A stretch of 47,612 nucleotides of DNA. Source: Eubacteriales bacterium (GTDB taxonomy: Bacteria > Bacillota > Clostridia > Oscillospirales > CAG-272). Where the stretch lies: positions 1 to 47,612 of the forward strand of contig JAZOMD010000062.1 of NCBI GenBank assembly GCA_045653745.1, given 5' to 3'. Positions 45,162 through 47,612 of this stretch are shown here, piece by piece (position 1 is the stretch's first letter; every line of letters starts with the position of its first letter). Made by a program: the position numbers and the translations under genes. The notes beneath the pieces were generated by a model that saw only the letters and a list, made by a program, of their open reading frames with translations, ran no database searches and was not told where the DNA came from.

Positions 45162-46170
45162 ATTTAAACACCGCCTTCACGAAGCCGACGGGTCTTTTTC
45201 TTGCAAGCTCGAGACCCTTTTCAAATTCTTCGAGCTTTATTATATTTGTAACGAGAGGCTTCATATCCACAGCGCCGTCTGCCATCAAATTTATAGCGCG
45301 TCCGTGCATATTCCAGTTGTTTCCCGCACCGACGAGATGAAGATTGTTTATATGAATATCGTCTATTCTGATATTCATATTCCTTCCGCCTCCGTATCCC
45401 GCAAGGGCAACGTATCCACCCTTCTTACAAAGCTTCAGGGCGTTCTGTACGCACTCCTCAGCACCTGTTGCATCTATGATATAATCGGTGCCCTCGGGGT
45501 GGATTTCCTTCATTCTTTCGTATATATCCTCCTCGCGCGTCGCAACCGTAGCGTAAGCGCCAAGCTCCTTTGCTACCGCAAGACGTGCAGAGCTCGTTGC
45601 GGCAACGACTATCTTGCGAAGGCCGAGCGCCTTAGCGGCTGCAAGAGTGCAAAGACCGATAGAGCCTGCACCGAAGATGAGGCAGGTTCCGCCTGCTTTC
45701 GCCTCTATTTTTTCAAGTACACCGAGAGCAACGCCGAGAGGCTCTGCGAGTGCCGCTTCCTCAAAGGAAAGCGAGTCGGGAAGTCTGACGAGGCCTGCGG
45801 CAGGTACGTCAACGTATTCGGCATAAGCGCCGTCGCCCTTGAATCCGATTTCCTTAAACTCCTTGCAGTATCTCCACCTTCCGCTTCTGCAAGCCTCGCA
45901 TTTGCCGCAGAAAACGTCGTTAGAGCCGGTTACGCGAGCGCCCAAAAAATCAGAAAAGCGAGAGTCGTTTACCTCTTTAACCACGCCCGACCATTCGTGC
46001 CCCGGCGTTAGGGGATAATTTGCGGCAATGTTTCCGTCTACTACCTCAAGGTCGGTAGCGCATATAGCCGCCGCACAGGTCTTAATACGTGCAAATCCTT
46101 CCTTAAGCGGTGGGAGCTCCTTGTTTTTTAATACTACCTTTCCGGGAGCTTCTATTACTACGCATTTCAT
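45154..46170 (-). CDS. Zn-dependent medium-chain dehydrogenase (sorbitol/xylitol/threonine dehydrogenase-like)
   Basis: Catalytic Zn ligands CATD...GHEWSG, structural Zn cluster CGKCEACRSGRWRYC, NAD fold IFGAGSIGL. Confidence 0.9.
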   Translation of the reverse strand: MKCVVIEAPGKVVLKNKELPPLKEGFARIKTCAAAICATDLEVVDGNIAANYPLTPGHEWSGVVKEVNDSRFSDFLGARVTGSNDVFCGKCEACRSGRWRYCKEFKEIGFKGDGAYAEYVDVPAAGLVRLPDSLSFEEAALAEPLGVALGVLEKIEAKAGGTCLIFGAGSIGLCTLAAAKALGLRKIVVAATSSARLAVAKELGAYATVATREEDIYERMKEIHPEGTDYIIDATGAEECVQNALKLCKKGGYVALAGYGGGRNMNIRIDDIHINNLHLVGAGNNWNMHGRAINLMADGAVDMKPLVTNIIKLEEFEKGLELARKRPVGFVKAVFKFD

Positions 46171-46189
46171 AGCATTTTCTTCCTTTCTG

Positions 46190-47287
46190 TTATATATGAT
46201 TTTTCTTTATCGCGTCTCGTATTGAAACGAGCGCTGCACCAAACGCTGCTGAAATATTATTGTCTATCTCTATGTCGGTTTCCGGTGGGATAAGCTCTCT
46301 AAGAAGAGCAATAAGCGGCTCTGTATACAGCGGCTCCTCCGAAAGCTTTCCCGATAAAATTATTTTTTCTGGAGAAAAGAGCATCGAAAGGTTGTGTATC
46401 GCAACGGCGAGGTGAGAGGTCGCTTCAGCGAAAACTGCGCGGTCTTCACCGCCAAGGATTTCCTCAAAGCTCTTGCCGACCCTGTTTTCTATGCCGACTA
46501 TCGAGGAATACGCCTCAAGACAGCCGCGCTTTCCGCAGGTACACAGAGCACCGCCCGGAACAGCAATCGTGTGTCCGATTTCCATTCTTCCGAAGTCGCC
46601 GAGTATCTTTCCGTCCTGGATAACGGAAAGACCTATACCGCGGTCTATACGCAAAAGGATTGCATCGCGAAAGCTTTCCTTGTATTCCTTGGCTATAAGA
46701 AGACATTTAGGGTCGTGCTCAACCGTGGTGGGTACGCCGAAGCGCTCCCGAAACATCTCACGCACGTTTATGCTTTCCCAAGGAAGATTAGGAAAATGAA
46801 CGGAAATTCCGTTATCGGGATCTACCTTGCCTTGAATGGCTACGCCTATTGAAAATATTTTATATTTATCCTCGCAAAATTTTATCGCCTCGCTGCACAG
46901 AGAAATAGCATCTGTAAAAAGCTCCTCTTCGCTTCTCGCCGTGAAGGGAAGGGTAGAGCGCCATAAGCGCGTAAGGTCGAACCCAACGACTCTTGCGGTG
47001 ATACCCGTGGTATTTATATCAAGACCGACAGAGGCTATTTTGTCTCCGCTTGCGGAAAGAACGGTAGACGTTCTGCCCACGCCTTTTTCGATAGGAGTCA
47101 TCTCGGTTATATATCCGCGCGAGAGAAGTTCAGCAACGCTCTCTGAAACCGCACCCCAAGAAAAGCCCGTCTCACGTTCAATTTGCCGTCTTGTAGTGTT
47201 TCCTTTATCTAATATAAATCTTAATATATCGGATAAATTCCGTTGCTTTTGCCTGTCTTTTGTAAGGAATTTTGAGAAATTTTCCAT
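46190..47287 (-). CDS. ROK family transcriptional repressor (wHTH + ROK sugar-binding domain, XylR-like)
   Basis: The N-terminal winged helix includes TRRQIERETGFSWGAVSESVAELLSRGYI. ROK zinc motif CTCGKRGCLEAY. I prefer ATG 47287 (the track start 47290 is a TTG). Confidence 0.88.
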   Translation of the reverse strand: MENFSKFLTKDRQKQRNLSDILRFILDKGNTTRRQIERETGFSWGAVSESVAELLSRGYITEMTPIEKGVGRTSTVLSASGDKIASVGLDINTTGITARVVGFDLTRLWRSTLPFTARSEEELFTDAISLCSEAIKFCEDKYKIFSIGVAIQGKVDPDNGISVHFPNLPWESINVREMFRERFGVPTTVEHDPKCLLIAKEYKESFRDAILLRIDRGIGLSVIQDGKILGDFGRMEIGHTIAVPGGALCTCGKRGCLEAYSSIVGIENRVGKSFEEILGGEDRAVFAEATSHLAVAIHNLSMLFSPEKIILSGKLSEEPLYTEPLIALLRELIPPETDIEIDNNISAAFGAALVSIRDAIKKNHI

Positions 47288-47320
47288 CAAAATCTAACTC
47301 CAAAGAAAAATATTCATTTA

Positions 47321-47363
47321 CCTATTGACAATTATATCACTTTCTGATATAATTGTCAATAGG
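47321..47363. promoter_or_regulatory. Perfect 19-bp inverted repeat (5-nt spacer) carrying two overlapping face-to-face consensus promoters; probable operator
   Basis: CCTATTGACAATTATATCA-ctttc-TGATATAATTGTCAATAGG. Each strand reads TTGACA-17 nt-TATAAT with an extended -10 TG. It lies between the divergent rok and UlaG-like genes. Confidence 0.6.
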
Positions 47364-47402
47364 TTAGCAAAAATAAATTTCTTTACCGAAGGGAAGTGAA
47401 AA

Positions 47403-47612
47403 ATGAACATTATAAATAATATGAAGGAAACCGAGCTTTTACCGTCTCAGTGCGCAATATGGTATCTCGGTCAGGAAGGCTTCCTATTTAATAATAAAGG
47501 TAGCTTTATACTCGTAGACCCATATCTTTCGAGCTACGTTGATGAAAACTGCTCGGAGCTTGTAAAATGGAAGCGACTTTATGAACCGCCCGTCACTGCC
47601 GGCGAGCTTGAT
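47403..47612 (+). CDS. MBL-fold hydrolase, UlaG-like (N-terminal 70 codons; continues beyond the window)
   Basis: MNIINNMKETELLPSQCAIWYLGQEGFLFNNKGSFILVDPYLSSYVDE... is open to the window end. The WYLGQ.GF......ILVDPYLS pattern is typical of UlaG-like lactonases. Confidence 0.65.
   Translation, partial: MNIINNMKETELLPSQCAIWYLGQEGFLFNNKGSFILVDPYLSSYVDENCSELVKWKRLYEPPVTAGELD

Noticed and set aside
1-47612. A systematic look for CRISPR repeats, tRNA/rRNA/tmRNA genes, IS elements, integrases, phage genes, toxin-antitoxin pairs and known defence-gene architectures.
   Set aside because: None was found. All intergenic spacers are 190 nt or shorter and are accounted for by promoters or terminators. 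No spaced direct repeats occur. Every ORF longer than 150 codons on the coding strand has a housekeeping or metabolic assignment.

Overview
This is a densely coding 47.6-kb stretch of a Firmicutes/Clostridia-type chromosome. The taxonomic call rests on the spore-former markers yabP/yabQ and a SpoVB/YabM-like flippase, a GlgD-containing glycogen operon, an IspH-S1 fusion and cdaA. I call 43 CDS: 41 complete, a 5'-truncated galE at the left edge and a 3'-truncated UlaG-like gene at the right edge. I found no rRNA, tRNA, CRISPR array, transposase, integrase, phage gene or recognisable defence module, so most of the window is ordinary core genome. Left to right it holds: galE', a HAD hydrolase and an ABC-F ATPase; then on the minus strand an AEC transporter, ispH-S1, cmk-plsC, a flavoprotein and an RpiR regulator; a Crp-led ABC importer operon divergent from cdaA; the recJ-relA-dtd-hemZ block; the yabM-like/hup/yabO/yabP/yabQ block; glgBCDAP plus a GH13 enzyme and aroK; a DUF3343/cysteine desulfurase pair; an MBL-glnS-comF operon; and finally the only accessory-looking locus, an AraC regulator plus a ROK-headed operon encoding a Zn-dehydrogenase, an FGGY kinase and two MtlD-like dehydrogenases. 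I could not identify a clear-cut new multi-gene system. The best candidates for a second look are: (1) the unassignable polyol/ketose operon with two MtlD paralogs that lack the canonical active-site His; (2) a perfect 19+19 bp palindrome that encodes two face-to-face consensus promoters between rok and the divergent UlaG-like gene; (3) an ABC-F protein whose second ATP site appears naturally dead, with Walker A missing GK[ST] and Walker B E changed to Q; (4) an orphan cdaA followed by a 52-aa CdaR-like membrane stub translationally coupled to a COG2509 flavoprotein; and (5) a Cmk-PlsC fusion. All functional calls come from reading motifs by eye. No database search was run.
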